Source: Polyangiaceae bacterium (lineage in GTDB: Bacteria; Myxococcota_A; Polyangia; Polyangiales; Polyangiaceae). From it: DNA of 64,000 nucleotides. Shown here in pieces: positions 55,259 through 64,000 of the stretch. Every line of letters starts with the position of its first letter. Position 1 is the first letter of the stretch. The translations under genes were made by a program, and so were the position numbers. A model generated the notes under the pieces. The model had not been told where the DNA came from, made no database searches, and saw only the letters and a list, made by a program, of their open reading frames with translations. Location of the stretch: contig JBILLK010000001.1 of assembly GCA_044376115.1 (NCBI GenBank), positions 128,001-192,000 on the forward strand, written 5' to 3'.

Positions 55259-56875
55259 GTGAGTGAGTCCGACGTCGTTGCTGGAGCGCTCGTACACGGG
55301 CGCTACAAGCTGCTCGAACGAGTCGGCGGTGGTGGCATGGGCCACGTCTTCCGCGCTGAAGACACGGTTACCCGCCGGGTCGTCGCGGTAAAGCTGTTGC
55401 ACAAGGAGCTTTGGAGTAACGCCGACTTGACCGCGCGCTTGTTTCAAGAGGCGCGCGTCATCAGCTCGATCGCCCACCCAAACATCGTCGAGATCTTGGC
55501 CGTCGACGCAAGCGCGCACGGTCCGTTTATCGCGATGGAGTATCTCGACGGAAGCTCGGTCGGGAGCCTGTTGCAGTTGTTCGGCAAGTTCGACGAGCAG
55601 CTGGTTGCGACCATCATGATTCCGCTCCTGTCGGCACTCGACGCAGCACACGGCCACGGAGTGATTCATCGCGACTTGAAGCCAGAGAATATCTTCGTGT
55701 GCAGGGAGCGCGCGGGCCGAGGCGAACGCGGAAATGTCCACTTGCTAGACTTTGGCATCGCCAAATTTCAGCAAGGCATGGCGGAAGAGGCGCCGCGCAC
55801 CCGCACCGGGGTCGTCTTCGGAACGCCAGACTATTTGTCGCCCGAACAAGCTACCGGAGAGGGGCCGCTGGATGGCCGGAGCGATCTCTTCTCCGTTGGC
55901 ATCGTGATGTACGAGCTCCTGAGCGGCCGACGACCCTTCACGGCCAGCACCGCCGTCGCCACCGCGTTTCGCATCGTTCACGCGACGCCCCCTTCCTTCG
56001 AGTCGCTGGGATTGAGCGTCTCGGGGGAGCTGCGAGGGGTCGTACGCAAGCTATTGGCCAAGTCTCCCAACGATCGTCCGGCTTCCGCACGTGAGGTGCT
56101 TGAGGTGCTGAAGCTACTTCACCCGGATACCGAGGCCCGACAAAGCCGACTACTGCGCTTGCTGCAAGACGCCGACGACAAGCGAAAGCGCGGTTCTCGA
56201 CCTCCGCTCGCGATTCGGTCGAAGACTCCGCCGGCGCTCGGAATCGATGGAGCTGGCTTTCGCTCCCACGGTCTGTCTCCGCGAACGCATGGCCGTTGTG
56301 CGCGGGGCCCGGTGCTGGCAAGCATCGACGGCGCAATTGAGCGCACGCGTGGCGAGCTCGACCGCGAGCGGGTGGTTGCGCTACTGCCGGACAGTCACGC
56401 CGAAGAGCTTCGTCGTGGAAGGCCAAGCGTCCTCGACGCCCACGACATTGACGTGGTTCGCCGATATATCGATACAGCGGGCCGCGTTTTACAGCTAAAC
56501 GACAAGACCTTTCGCGATATGGGCCGAGACGCCCTGCTGTACGAGCTAGCGCCGTTCGTCCGCACGCTCATTCGACCCGCAGAGTTTTACGACACCCTCA
56601 ATCGTATGGTTGCCATCCTGAAGTCGCTGTTCGACTTTGGACTTTGGTCGATCACCCGCGCCGAAGCTACAGAGTATGGCCCGCCACGGGCTAGCTCGGC
56701 CCATCAAGCGACCATCCGCATTACCGGCTTTGAGCTGATACCCAACAATCTCCGGTTGTGGCTGCTGGGAGTCATATCGGGCATTCTTGAGGCCGCTGGA
56801 AACACAGGCGTGGAGGTCAGCGCCGACCGGTCGGCGGGCACTAACCTCGAGATCGAGGTCGTCGCGAACTCATGA
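55259..56875 (+). CDS. Cytoplasmic Ser/Thr protein kinase with uncharacterised C-terminal domain
   Basis: GGGGMG, VAVK, HRDLKPEN, DFGIAK, GTPDYLSPEQ, RSDLFS; no TM. Confidence 0.92.
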   Translation: MSESDVVAGALVHGRYKLLERVGGGGMGHVFRAEDTVTRRVVAVKLLHKELWSNADLTARLFQEARVISSIAHPNIVEILAVDASAHGPFIAMEYLDGSSVGSLLQLFGKFDEQLVATIMIPLLSALDAAHGHGVIHRDLKPENIFVCRERAGRGERGNVHLLDFGIAKFQQGMAEEAPRTRTGVVFGTPDYLSPEQATGEGPLDGRSDLFSVGIVMYELLSGRRPFTASTAVATAFRIVHATPPSFESLGLSVSGELRGVVRKLLAKSPNDRPASAREVLEVLKLLHPDTEARQSRLLRLLQDADDKRKRGSRPPLAIRSKTPPALGIDGAGFRSHGLSPRTHGRCARGPVLASIDGAIERTRGELDRERVVALLPDSHAEELRRGRPSVLDAHDIDVVRRYIDTAGRVLQLNDKTFRDMGRDALLYELAPFVRTLIRPAEFYDTLNRMVAILKSLFDFGLWSITRAEATEYGPPRASSAHQATIRITGFELIPNNLRLWLLGVISGILEAAGNTGVEVSADRSAGTNLEIEVVANS

Positions 56876-58671
56876 CGCCGCCGAAGGTCCTACCGCCACC
56901 AGTTGAAACCTATGCACTAGGACTGGGTGGGCAGCTCAAGAGCAAACGCAATTACTACCTCGCAGGGTCCGCGCTGCTCGTCGTCCAACAGTCGCTAATG
57001 GCTTCGCGCGACTTCCTGGTGGGGCGTGCCGTTCAGGCCGCCGGTAGCCTCGACACCGCTCTTGTTCGGCACATTGCTCTCTCGATCTTCGCGGTCAGTA
57101 TTGGTTCGGCCATTGCGCGAGTGCTCTCACGCGTAACGGTTTTTACCGCCGGGCGAAACGTTGAGTACGAGCTTCGGGCCGTACTGCTCGACCGTATTCA
57201 ACGCTTGGGGCCCACGTTCTTTCGCAGCATGCCGACAGGCGAAATAATGAGTCGGGCCACGAACGACCTTACCCAGGTGCGACTTCTACTGGGCTTCGGC
57301 GTGCTCAACGTAATGGCGAGCTTTGCTGCATTGGTGAGCGCGGTCTACGTCATGGCCTCAATCTCTGTACGCCTGACCGTCGCGAGCTTCGCCATGTTGC
57401 CGGTCCTGTGGCTGGTAACCCGCAGCTTCTCAAGCAAGCTCTTTTCCCGCACCAAAGAGAACCAAGATGCGATGGGTAAGATGAGCGAGCGTACGCTCTC
57501 TTCGCTGGCGGGCACTCGAGTGATCCGGTCCTTCGCGCTCGTCGATAGCGAACTAGCTACATTTGAGAAGTCCAACGCGGACTATCGAGCCAAGAGCCTG
57601 GCGCTAGCCCGCTTGCGCGGCGCCATGATGCCTGTCGTCGGGTCCATCTCCGCTGTCTCTTCGTTGGTGGTCTACTTCTATGGCGGCACGCTCATCGGCC
57701 GGAATGAACTGCTACCGGGGGACTTCGTCGCGTTCTCGATTGCGCTTCAACGTTTAGCTTGGCCGCTCATGGCCATCGGGTTCGTCGCTGCCATCATCCA
57801 ACGTGGCCGCGCAGGCTACGCACGGCTGAAAGAGGTATTGGACGCGCAGCCCGAGATTGTTGGTGGAAACGCCGATCCAAGCACACCGCCCCAAGGAGCG
57901 ATTGAGGTCAGGAACCTCTCGTTCGCTTACGGCAACAAGCCCATCCTCAAAAATGTGAGCTTCAAAGTTGATGCCGGTCGCTCACTCGCGATTGTAGGCA
58001 GGACCGGCTCCGGCAAGACCACCTTGGCGGCGTTGATGCCACGCCTTTTGAACACTCCTCGAGACAGCGTGTTTCTCGATGGTGCAGACATCTGCGATCT
58101 ATCGCTCAATCGAGTGCGCAAGAACGTTGGCTACGCCCAGCAAGACGCTTTTCTCTTCTCGACGACAGTTGCGAACAACATCGGCTACAGCCTCGATGAC
58201 GTCGAAGAGAAAGAGGCGCTCGAGCTCGTCCGGGGAGCGGCCAGAGAAGCAGAGGTTCTCGCTGAGATTGAACTCCTGCCGGAGGGTTTCGACACGGTCG
58301 TCGGCGAGCGAGGAGTTCAGCTTTCAGGCGGTCAGCGACAACGTATTGCGCTAGCTCGAGCGCTACTTCGCAAACCATCTCTGCTGGTCCTCGATGATCC
58401 ACTCTCCGCCGTAGATGCAAAGACAGAGCACGCGATCTTGCAAGCGATTGAACGTCAGAAACGGGACCGCACCGTTGTGCTGATCACGCATCGCATCGCG
58501 GCAGCCAAGCGCTGTGACCAGATCGTCGTCTTGGAGGGCGGTGAGATTACCGAGCGCGGTAGCCATGAGGAGCTGATTCGTCTGGGCGGTACGTACGCGA
58601 ACTTCGCCAGGGAGCAAGAGCTCGAAGAGGAGCTCAAGAAGGCTGAAGCCGAGCTGGAAGTGGCAACATGA
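56872..58671 (+). CDS. Heterodimeric ABC exporter half A (MdlA/YheI-like)
   Basis: Six TMs plus NBD; GRTGSGKT, LSGGQ and degenerate Walker B LVLDD. Confidence 0.9.
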   Translation: MTPPKVLPPPVETYALGLGGQLKSKRNYYLAGSALLVVQQSLMASRDFLVGRAVQAAGSLDTALVRHIALSIFAVSIGSAIARVLSRVTVFTAGRNVEYELRAVLLDRIQRLGPTFFRSMPTGEIMSRATNDLTQVRLLLGFGVLNVMASFAALVSAVYVMASISVRLTVASFAMLPVLWLVTRSFSSKLFSRTKENQDAMGKMSERTLSSLAGTRVIRSFALVDSELATFEKSNADYRAKSLALARLRGAMMPVVGSISAVSSLVVYFYGGTLIGRNELLPGDFVAFSIALQRLAWPLMAIGFVAAIIQRGRAGYARLKEVLDAQPEIVGGNADPSTPPQGAIEVRNLSFAYGNKPILKNVSFKVDAGRSLAIVGRTGSGKTTLAALMPRLLNTPRDSVFLDGADICDLSLNRVRKNVGYAQQDAFLFSTTVANNIGYSLDDVEEKEALELVRGAAREAEVLAEIELLPEGFDTVVGERGVQLSGGQRQRIALARALLRKPSLLVLDDPLSAVDAKTEHAILQAIERQKRDRTVVLITHRIAAAKRCDQIVVLEGGEITERGSHEELIRLGGTYANFAREQELEEELKKAEAELEVAT

Positions 58672-60491
58672 AGTCCAAGGCCACAGCCCCGGTAGCAGCA
58701 ACTCGAGGCAAGGAAGCGCTTGCTCGTTTTCATGAGGAGAGCAACGTCGTTGCCTACGACGCCGCTCATCTGCGTCGGCTCTGGCCCTTCGTAAGGCCGC
58801 AGAAGCACCTGCTCTTCGGGTCGATCTTCCTGCTGCTGGTCGCTTCTGGTCTCGCACTCACCAGGCCATGGATCATGGGTCGCGGGCTCGACGCCATTGG
58901 CAAGAACCCCAACGCGATCGTTGAAGCCGGCCTCGTCCTGCTCACAGTGGTGGTTCTCGAGCAGCTCACCACCTTCCCGCAAACCTATATGGTGCAGCTC
59001 GCCGGCGCGCGCGCGATGGCGGATCTGCGCACCAAAGTCTTCACCTTCCTCCACTCTCGCAGCCTTGCGTTCTTCGATCGCACGCCCGTTGGCAGACTCG
59101 TTACCCGTGTAACGAATGATGTCGATGCGATCGGCGAAATGTTCGCCTCCGGCGCGTTGAACGCTATCGGAGATCTCGTTCGCTTGGTCGGCATCGTGGT
59201 GGTGATGTTGTCGACCGACTGGCAGGTATCGCTCATCGCCTTCGCTTCACTGCCGCCCGTGCTGCTTGGGGTGAACTACACGCGCAAGCGCATTCGTGAG
59301 GCCTTCCGCGAGGTCCGCACCAAGACAGCTCGCATGAACGCCTTCCTCAATGAGCAAGTCAGCGGGATCGGTGTGGTTCAGGCTTATGCGCGCGAAGAGC
59401 AAGGGGCGATCGCCTTTGACGAGATCAACGAGGCGTATCGCAAAGCGAACAACCAATCCATCGTGTGGGACGCCTCGCTCGATGCAGCGATTGAGCTGAT
59501 CTCGAGCCTGTGTATCGCATCAGCCCTTTGGGCAGCCGGCATCCACGAGGTCAGTGACAAGCTCACCTTCGGGATGGTGTTCGTCTTCGTCGACTACATC
59601 AATATGTTCTTCATCCCCATCCGGGATCTATCGGCGCGCTACACCTTGGTGCAGTCGGCGATGACTGGCGCCGAGCGCGTCTTTGAGCTGCTCGACAACA
59701 AGGAAGAGGATGCGCCAGCCGTAGCGTTGGAGAACGAACCAATCATCGAGGGTGGCCCACTGCTCAGCTTTGACGACGTGAGCTTCGCCTACAAACCCAA
59801 CGTTTATGCACTCCGCAATGTGTCCTTCGAGGTGAAGCAGGGTGAGAGAGTCGCGCTGGTGGGCGCCACCGGTGCGGGCAAGTCGACCGTCGCGTCACTC
59901 TTGCTAAGGCTCTACGACGTGACAGAAGGCGTTGTGCGTGTTCAAGGGAGAAACGTACGAGCCTTCGAGCGCGAGAAGCTGCGACGGGCCTTCTCGGTCG
60001 TGCCCCAAGATGTCTTCCTATTCCCCGGCTCCGTAGCGTCAAACATCGCCGCGGGCGATGCCACGCCGGACCTCGAGCGAGTGCGTTCAGCCTTGAGCAA
60101 GATCGACGCGCTGGAGCTGTTCGAGCAACGCGAGGGAGGGCTCGAGGCGGTCGTCAAAGAACGTGGTTCCAACTTCTCCGCCGGGGAACGACAGCTCATC
60201 GCCTTCGCCAGAGCACTCTACAAGCAGCCGGAGATACTCATCCTCGACGAGGCGACGGCCAACGTCGATAGCGACACGGAGAACCGACTGCAACGCGCGG
60301 TGGAAGGTGCTCTCGCAGGGCGAACCGCAGTGGTCATTGCCCATCGGCTATCCACCATTCGCGCCGCCGATCGGATCGTGGTCTTTCATCGCGGTCGAGT
60401 CGTAGAGCAAGGAACGCATGAAGCCCTGATCGCTCAGGGCGGTGTCTATTCGCGCTTGCATGCGCTGCAATTTGCGCGCAAGGCGCCCTGA
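58668..60491 (+). CDS. Heterodimeric ABC exporter half B (MdlB/YheH-like)
   Basis: Six TMs plus NBD; GATGAGKS, degenerate signature FSAGE, LILDEAT, AHRLST. Confidence 0.9.
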   Translation: MKSKATAPVAATRGKEALARFHEESNVVAYDAAHLRRLWPFVRPQKHLLFGSIFLLLVASGLALTRPWIMGRGLDAIGKNPNAIVEAGLVLLTVVVLEQLTTFPQTYMVQLAGARAMADLRTKVFTFLHSRSLAFFDRTPVGRLVTRVTNDVDAIGEMFASGALNAIGDLVRLVGIVVVMLSTDWQVSLIAFASLPPVLLGVNYTRKRIREAFREVRTKTARMNAFLNEQVSGIGVVQAYAREEQGAIAFDEINEAYRKANNQSIVWDASLDAAIELISSLCIASALWAAGIHEVSDKLTFGMVFVFVDYINMFFIPIRDLSARYTLVQSAMTGAERVFELLDNKEEDAPAVALENEPIIEGGPLLSFDDVSFAYKPNVYALRNVSFEVKQGERVALVGATGAGKSTVASLLLRLYDVTEGVVRVQGRNVRAFEREKLRRAFSVVPQDVFLFPGSVASNIAAGDATPDLERVRSALSKIDALELFEQREGGLEAVVKERGSNFSAGERQLIAFARALYKQPEILILDEATANVDSDTENRLQRAVEGALAGRTAVVIAHRLSTIRAADRIVVFHRGRVVEQGTHEALIAQGGVYSRLHALQFARKAP

Positions 60492-60492
60492 C

Positions 60493-60876
60493 CTACTGCG
60501 CTGTCACCACCACAAATAGGTCGGCGCAACTCGGGTTACGCAGCGCTATGACCTCACTATCGACAGCGACAATCTCGGCTTCTTCACCTGAGGCTTGGAC
60601 CAATACGCCGTCCTCCCTCGATGCGGCGACATACACCTGCAATAGGCGCGGCTCAGCGCCGAGTTGATGCTCAAACTCGATGATGAGACCGGGCGGAAAA
60701 TCCACCCAGCTCTCACTATCCCACGAGGAAGAACGGTAGGTAGCGTCGACGACGGTCCCTTCCGAATAGGCAACCGGCGGCTCCTCGGAGAGATCCTCGC
60801 CGCAGGCAGAAGTGACTACATCACAACCCGCGAGAAGGACCGCGGAAGAAACGAGCGCAGCTTTCAGCCCAGCCAT
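60493..60876 (-). CDS. Small hypothetical lipoprotein
   Basis: Lipobox LLAGC; acidic beta-rich domain; overlaps the end of hemB. Confidence 0.6.
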   Translation of the reverse strand: MAGLKAALVSSAVLLAGCDVVTSACGEDLSEEPPVAYSEGTVVDATYRSSSWDSESWVDFPPGLIIEFEHQLGAEPRLLQVYVAASREDGVLVQASGEEAEIVAVDSEVIALRNPSCADLFVVVTAQ

Positions 60877-61847
60877 CGAGCGGCGTCCAGCGCATGGTAG
60901 GTAAGAATAAAGTCAGCGCCTGCCCGTTTGATCGATAGCAGCGCCTCCAGCGTGGCGCGCCTTTCGTCGAGCATGCCCGCTTGAGCTGCGGCCTTGATCA
61001 TCGCGTACTCTCCGCTCACGTTGTAGGCCGCGAGTGGCAGGTTGGTTCGGTCACGCACGCGCGCGATGACATCCAAGTAAGGCAGGGCTGGCTTCACCAT
61101 GACCATGTCCGCACCTTCAGCCTCGTCTTGCGCGAGTTCCCGAAGTGCCTCACGTGTATTGCCCGGATCCATTTGGTAGGAGGAGCGGTCTCCAAACTTG
61201 GGCGCGCAGTCCGCGGCATCTCTGAACGGACCATAGAAGGACGAGGCGTACTTAACAGCGTAGGAAAGGATAGCCACATCCTGAAAACCTTCCGCATCGA
61301 GCGCCCTTCGGATGGCGCCAACTCGGCCGTCCATCATGTCGCTCGGTGCGACCACGTCAGCCCCAGCGCGCGCCTGGGTTAGGGCGGACCGGCAGAGCAC
61401 CTCCAACGTAGCGTCATTATCCACGACCTGCTCGCCGCGACGATTCTTCACTAGGACGCCGCAGTGGCCGTGATCGGTATACTCATCAACACAGGTATCA
61501 GTCATTACGAGCAAGTCGGGCGCCTTGTCCTTCATGCGCATAACCGCCTGCGGAACCGGCCCATTGGGGTTGCAGGCGGCGTCTCCGCAGGCATCCTTCT
61601 CTTTGGGCAAGCCGAAGAGAATCACGCCTCCGAGCCCAGCTTGCTGCGCGCGCTGGGCAATCTCGGCGGCTGCGCTAATAGGCAATTGGTCGACGCCAGG
61701 CATGGTACCGACTGGCCTTGCCGTGCTCAGGGTTTCACTGAAGAACAGCGGAAGCACGAAGTCACCGGGATCGAGCCGCACCTCACGCACGAGGTTACGA
61801 ATCGCTGCCGTTTGCCGAAGACGCCTAGGCCGAACATGGGGAAACAT
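60864..61847 (-). CDS. hemB: Porphobilinogen synthase
   Basis: RPRRLR, DTCVDEYTDHGHCG, APSDMMDGR, KYASSFYGPFR, MVKPA, AYNVSGEY. Confidence 0.97.
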   Translation of the reverse strand: MFPHVRPRRLRQTAAIRNLVREVRLDPGDFVLPLFFSETLSTARPVGTMPGVDQLPISAAAEIAQRAQQAGLGGVILFGLPKEKDACGDAACNPNGPVPQAVMRMKDKAPDLLVMTDTCVDEYTDHGHCGVLVKNRRGEQVVDNDATLEVLCRSALTQARAGADVVAPSDMMDGRVGAIRRALDAEGFQDVAILSYAVKYASSFYGPFRDAADCAPKFGDRSSYQMDPGNTREALRELAQDEAEGADMVMVKPALPYLDVIARVRDRTNLPLAAYNVSGEYAMIKAAAQAGMLDERRATLEALLSIKRAGADFILTYHALDAARWLG

Positions 61848-61912
61848 TGGGCTGCCAGCCTAGCGCCTCCGCGCGCAGTTACCAGTACCGTACCTTTTGG
61901 TGACAGTCAGTC

Positions 61913-63229
61913 TCAGCTGATCCAACCGTTGGCTTCGGCCTTGGCTACGAACGCCCGCGCCAGATCCTCCGCACGAATGATCGAGCGCAGATGGAAGCGC
62001 TCGGCCTTGCCCATCTCCAAGAGGCCGAGCAGGCGTCCACGCGGGCGCAGCGGAATCATCACTGCGCCCTCAACTTGGCGGCCCAACTTCGACAGGCGGG
62101 CAATCGTAGCGTCACCAGCGGGCCCAGGTGCCGGCTCTGCAATCACGATTGAACCGCCGGCCGCCGCGACCACGGCCGGGTCCAACAACCGAACTCTGCT
62201 TCCAAGCAGCTCTGGTGCGTTTGGACCGTGGGCACACACAACCGTGGCTCCCTCATCCGACATGCGATGGACAAGGGCGATGTCCGCCGGCGTTCTTTGA
62301 ACAATTGAGTGGAGCAGTAGTAACAGGCCGTCCGCCAAATCTTTGGCCGGCGCTAGCTCAAGCTCCGGCGTCCAACCCGGCGCAGAGAACTCTCCAATTG
62401 GCGCTGGCCGCAACGAGCCGCGAGAAGCCTCTGCCGCGTCGGAACTCGCCGGGAAGTCACTTACGCCCCTCATGCCGCTCGGGCGCGGAACGGATGACTC
62501 GATGCGGGGCCTCGGCACAGCCGAAGGCGAAGGTTGGTTCGTTGGAGCGGACGATTGAGCCCCGGGCGGGGAGGTCAACGGACGCTGGGACCGTGCCGGC
62601 GGCGTCCTTGACGGACTTGGCAGCGGCTTGGGCGCGTCCAGTACAATGGGCGGGCCGAAGGGTCGCTGGGTCGCGACGTTGGTCTCTTCATCGTCGATCA
62701 GCGAAGCGAGCGTCAGCCGCTGGGCCCCGAGCAGATCAGCGGAGTCCTGATTGACGGTGACCAGCTCGGTCTCGGGGAGTTGGGTCGAGAGCCCCTGAAA
62801 CCGCGGAGGGCTCGAGACAGTCGCGACACCGTCGCTCGGTAGCGTCACCGCGAGAACCGAGTGGGCCGGAGCCGGGGCATCAAGCTCAGCCCGCTCCTCT
62901 GAGGAGGCTTCCTCCAGCAGGTCAGATGAGTGAAACTCCTCCGTCTCGACGCTCGCCGAGTGAGCCAAGTCCTCATCAGCGAACGACTGCAACGTCTCCG
63001 CGTGGGAGCCTGTACCGCCTTCTGGTTGCCCCTCAGTGAAGTCGGAAAGCGGGCGCCAAACCTTCCAGCTCTCGTTGCGAACGAAGCTATCCGTTGGGAC
63101 TCGGCCGAGCTCAATGCCCCGTGCAAGCAGATCAAGCCGGAGCGGACCGACGGCATTCAAGCCATCCGTCACGTACCACTTGTCTAGCTTCTGGGCCCCA
63201 AGACCACCCGACTTCAGTCTTACCGCCAT
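61913..63229 (-). CDS. GYF_2 (DUF4339)-like domain + disordered linker + GAF-like domain protein
   Basis: N-terminal WYV...VGP...GRV...FVRNESWKVWRP; Ser/Pro-rich middle; C-terminal AVMIPLRPRGRLLGLLEMG. Confidence 0.7.
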   Translation of the reverse strand: MAVRLKSGGLGAQKLDKWYVTDGLNAVGPLRLDLLARGIELGRVPTDSFVRNESWKVWRPLSDFTEGQPEGGTGSHAETLQSFADEDLAHSASVETEEFHSSDLLEEASSEERAELDAPAPAHSVLAVTLPSDGVATVSSPPRFQGLSTQLPETELVTVNQDSADLLGAQRLTLASLIDDEETNVATQRPFGPPIVLDAPKPLPSPSRTPPARSQRPLTSPPGAQSSAPTNQPSPSAVPRPRIESSVPRPSGMRGVSDFPASSDAAEASRGSLRPAPIGEFSAPGWTPELELAPAKDLADGLLLLLHSIVQRTPADIALVHRMSDEGATVVCAHGPNAPELLGSRVRLLDPAVVAAAGGSIVIAEPAPGPAGDATIARLSKLGRQVEGAVMIPLRPRGRLLGLLEMGKAERFHLRSIIRAEDLARAFVAKAEANGWIS

Positions 63230-63327
63230 GGTCAAGACGACCTCGCCCCTCCCGAACAATCGGCTTATGGCGGTCATCGATTGGATTGTCAAGCACGCGG
63301 GGTTTGATCAGAGTGATCGTACTCTGA

Positions 63328-64000
63328 ATGGAATTGGCGAACGTGATTCTCGACGGGGCCGACCTCTCTTTTGCCGGGTTGCAAGAGGTATTTCGAGCAC
63401 TCGCCGAAGGCGGCGCCGTTGAACTCACGAGCGCGCTCTCCACAGAAGCTCACGGGCCCGTTAGCCAGAGCTTGCGCGTATCGTTTGAGCGGGGAATCGA
63501 GCCGACGGCGGCGCATCTCTCCTGTGGTGGCGCCTTTCTGTTTCTCACGCGCCCAAGCGAGCTCGGAGCGCTTCTCTCAAAGCTTGCCCACGCAGGCTTG
63601 GCGCCGCTCACCAGCGTGCAGCTGAGGACGCCACGCGAAACGATTGCCACCTGGCACCTTCACCAACTGCATCACTCACAACACCTGCGGCCAACCAACG
63701 AGCCATGCCTTGGACTGTGTGTGGGGGACTTCTCCCCTTTTGATGCCGTTTCCAAGACAATCCTAACTGCCTATCAAGGCTATGGGCCATTGGCTGGAAA
63801 GCGAGTTCTCGTTCTCCGAGCAGCCCACCAACAAGGTACTGTGGAGAAAGAGTTGAGCAAACGTCGTGCGCAAGCCATCGCTCACCCGCTGATTGGTGTT
63901 CAGGCGCTCCCGCTCTCAGCAGAGGACGAGCAGACATTGCTATGTCCGCAGGATTTTGGCTTAGTGGTCTTTACCAGCGTCAACAGCGTTGAAGCCTATT
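63328..64000 (+). CDS. hemD: Uroporphyrinogen-III synthase with ~150-aa N-terminal extension; 3'-truncated and absent from the ORF track
   Basis: Frame is open from ATG 63328 to the window end; contains PLAGKRVLVLRA, HPLI and LVVFTSVNSVE; lies near hemB. Confidence 0.85.
   Translation, partial: MELANVILDGADLSFAGLQEVFRALAEGGAVELTSALSTEAHGPVSQSLRVSFERGIEPTAAHLSCGGAFLFLTRPSELGALLSKLAHAGLAPLTSVQLRTPRETIATWHLHQLHHSQHLRPTNEPCLGLCVGDFSPFDAVSKTILTAYQGYGPLAGKRVLVLRAAHQQGTVEKELSKRRAQAIAHPLIGVQALPLSAEDEQTLLCPQDFGLVVFTSVNSVEAY

Noticed and set aside
56872..60491. Degenerate ABC motifs as a sign of pseudogenisation
   Set aside because: LDD in one half and FSAGE in the other is the normal asymmetric site of heterodimeric exporters.
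1..64000. CRISPR array, tRNA, rRNA, IS/transposase, integrase or prophage genes
   Set aside because: No regularly spaced repeats, cloverleafs or recombinase motifs were seen, and the intergenic gaps are mostly too short.

Overview
This is a gene-dense bacterial chromosomal segment, most likely from a myxobacterium of the Polyangiales/Sorangiineae type. That is an inference from the eukaryotic-like Ser/Thr kinases, S-x-R-P-P low-complexity linkers, an orphan GspC, and Cys-rich and FG-GAP lipoproteins. About 46 CDS can be called. They include a Ugp-like sugar/G3P ABC importer, a papain-family lipoprotein, a TetR-TolC-DevBCA-like exporter, MerR-FolE-SDR, a planctomycete-type DUF1549/DUF1553 + DUF1501 pair and a divergent MBOAT/SGNH pair. 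The largest uncharacterised unit is an eight-gene MoxR AAA+ / DUF58 / VWA / ABC envelope system split into two blocks (21.8-29.5 kb and 34.3-40.3 kb). Further genes are a histone-H1-like winged-helix protein behind a highly structured intergenic region, a frameshifted membrane kinase, argC, prlC, an NrtR-like regulator, an amidinotransferase-fold enzyme, an RlmI-like methyltransferase, a heterodimeric ABC exporter, hemB, and a hemD that is missing from the ORF track and carries an apparently vestigial CobA domain. I saw no tRNA, rRNA, CRISPR array or mobile element. All family calls come from motifs read by eye, not from database searches.
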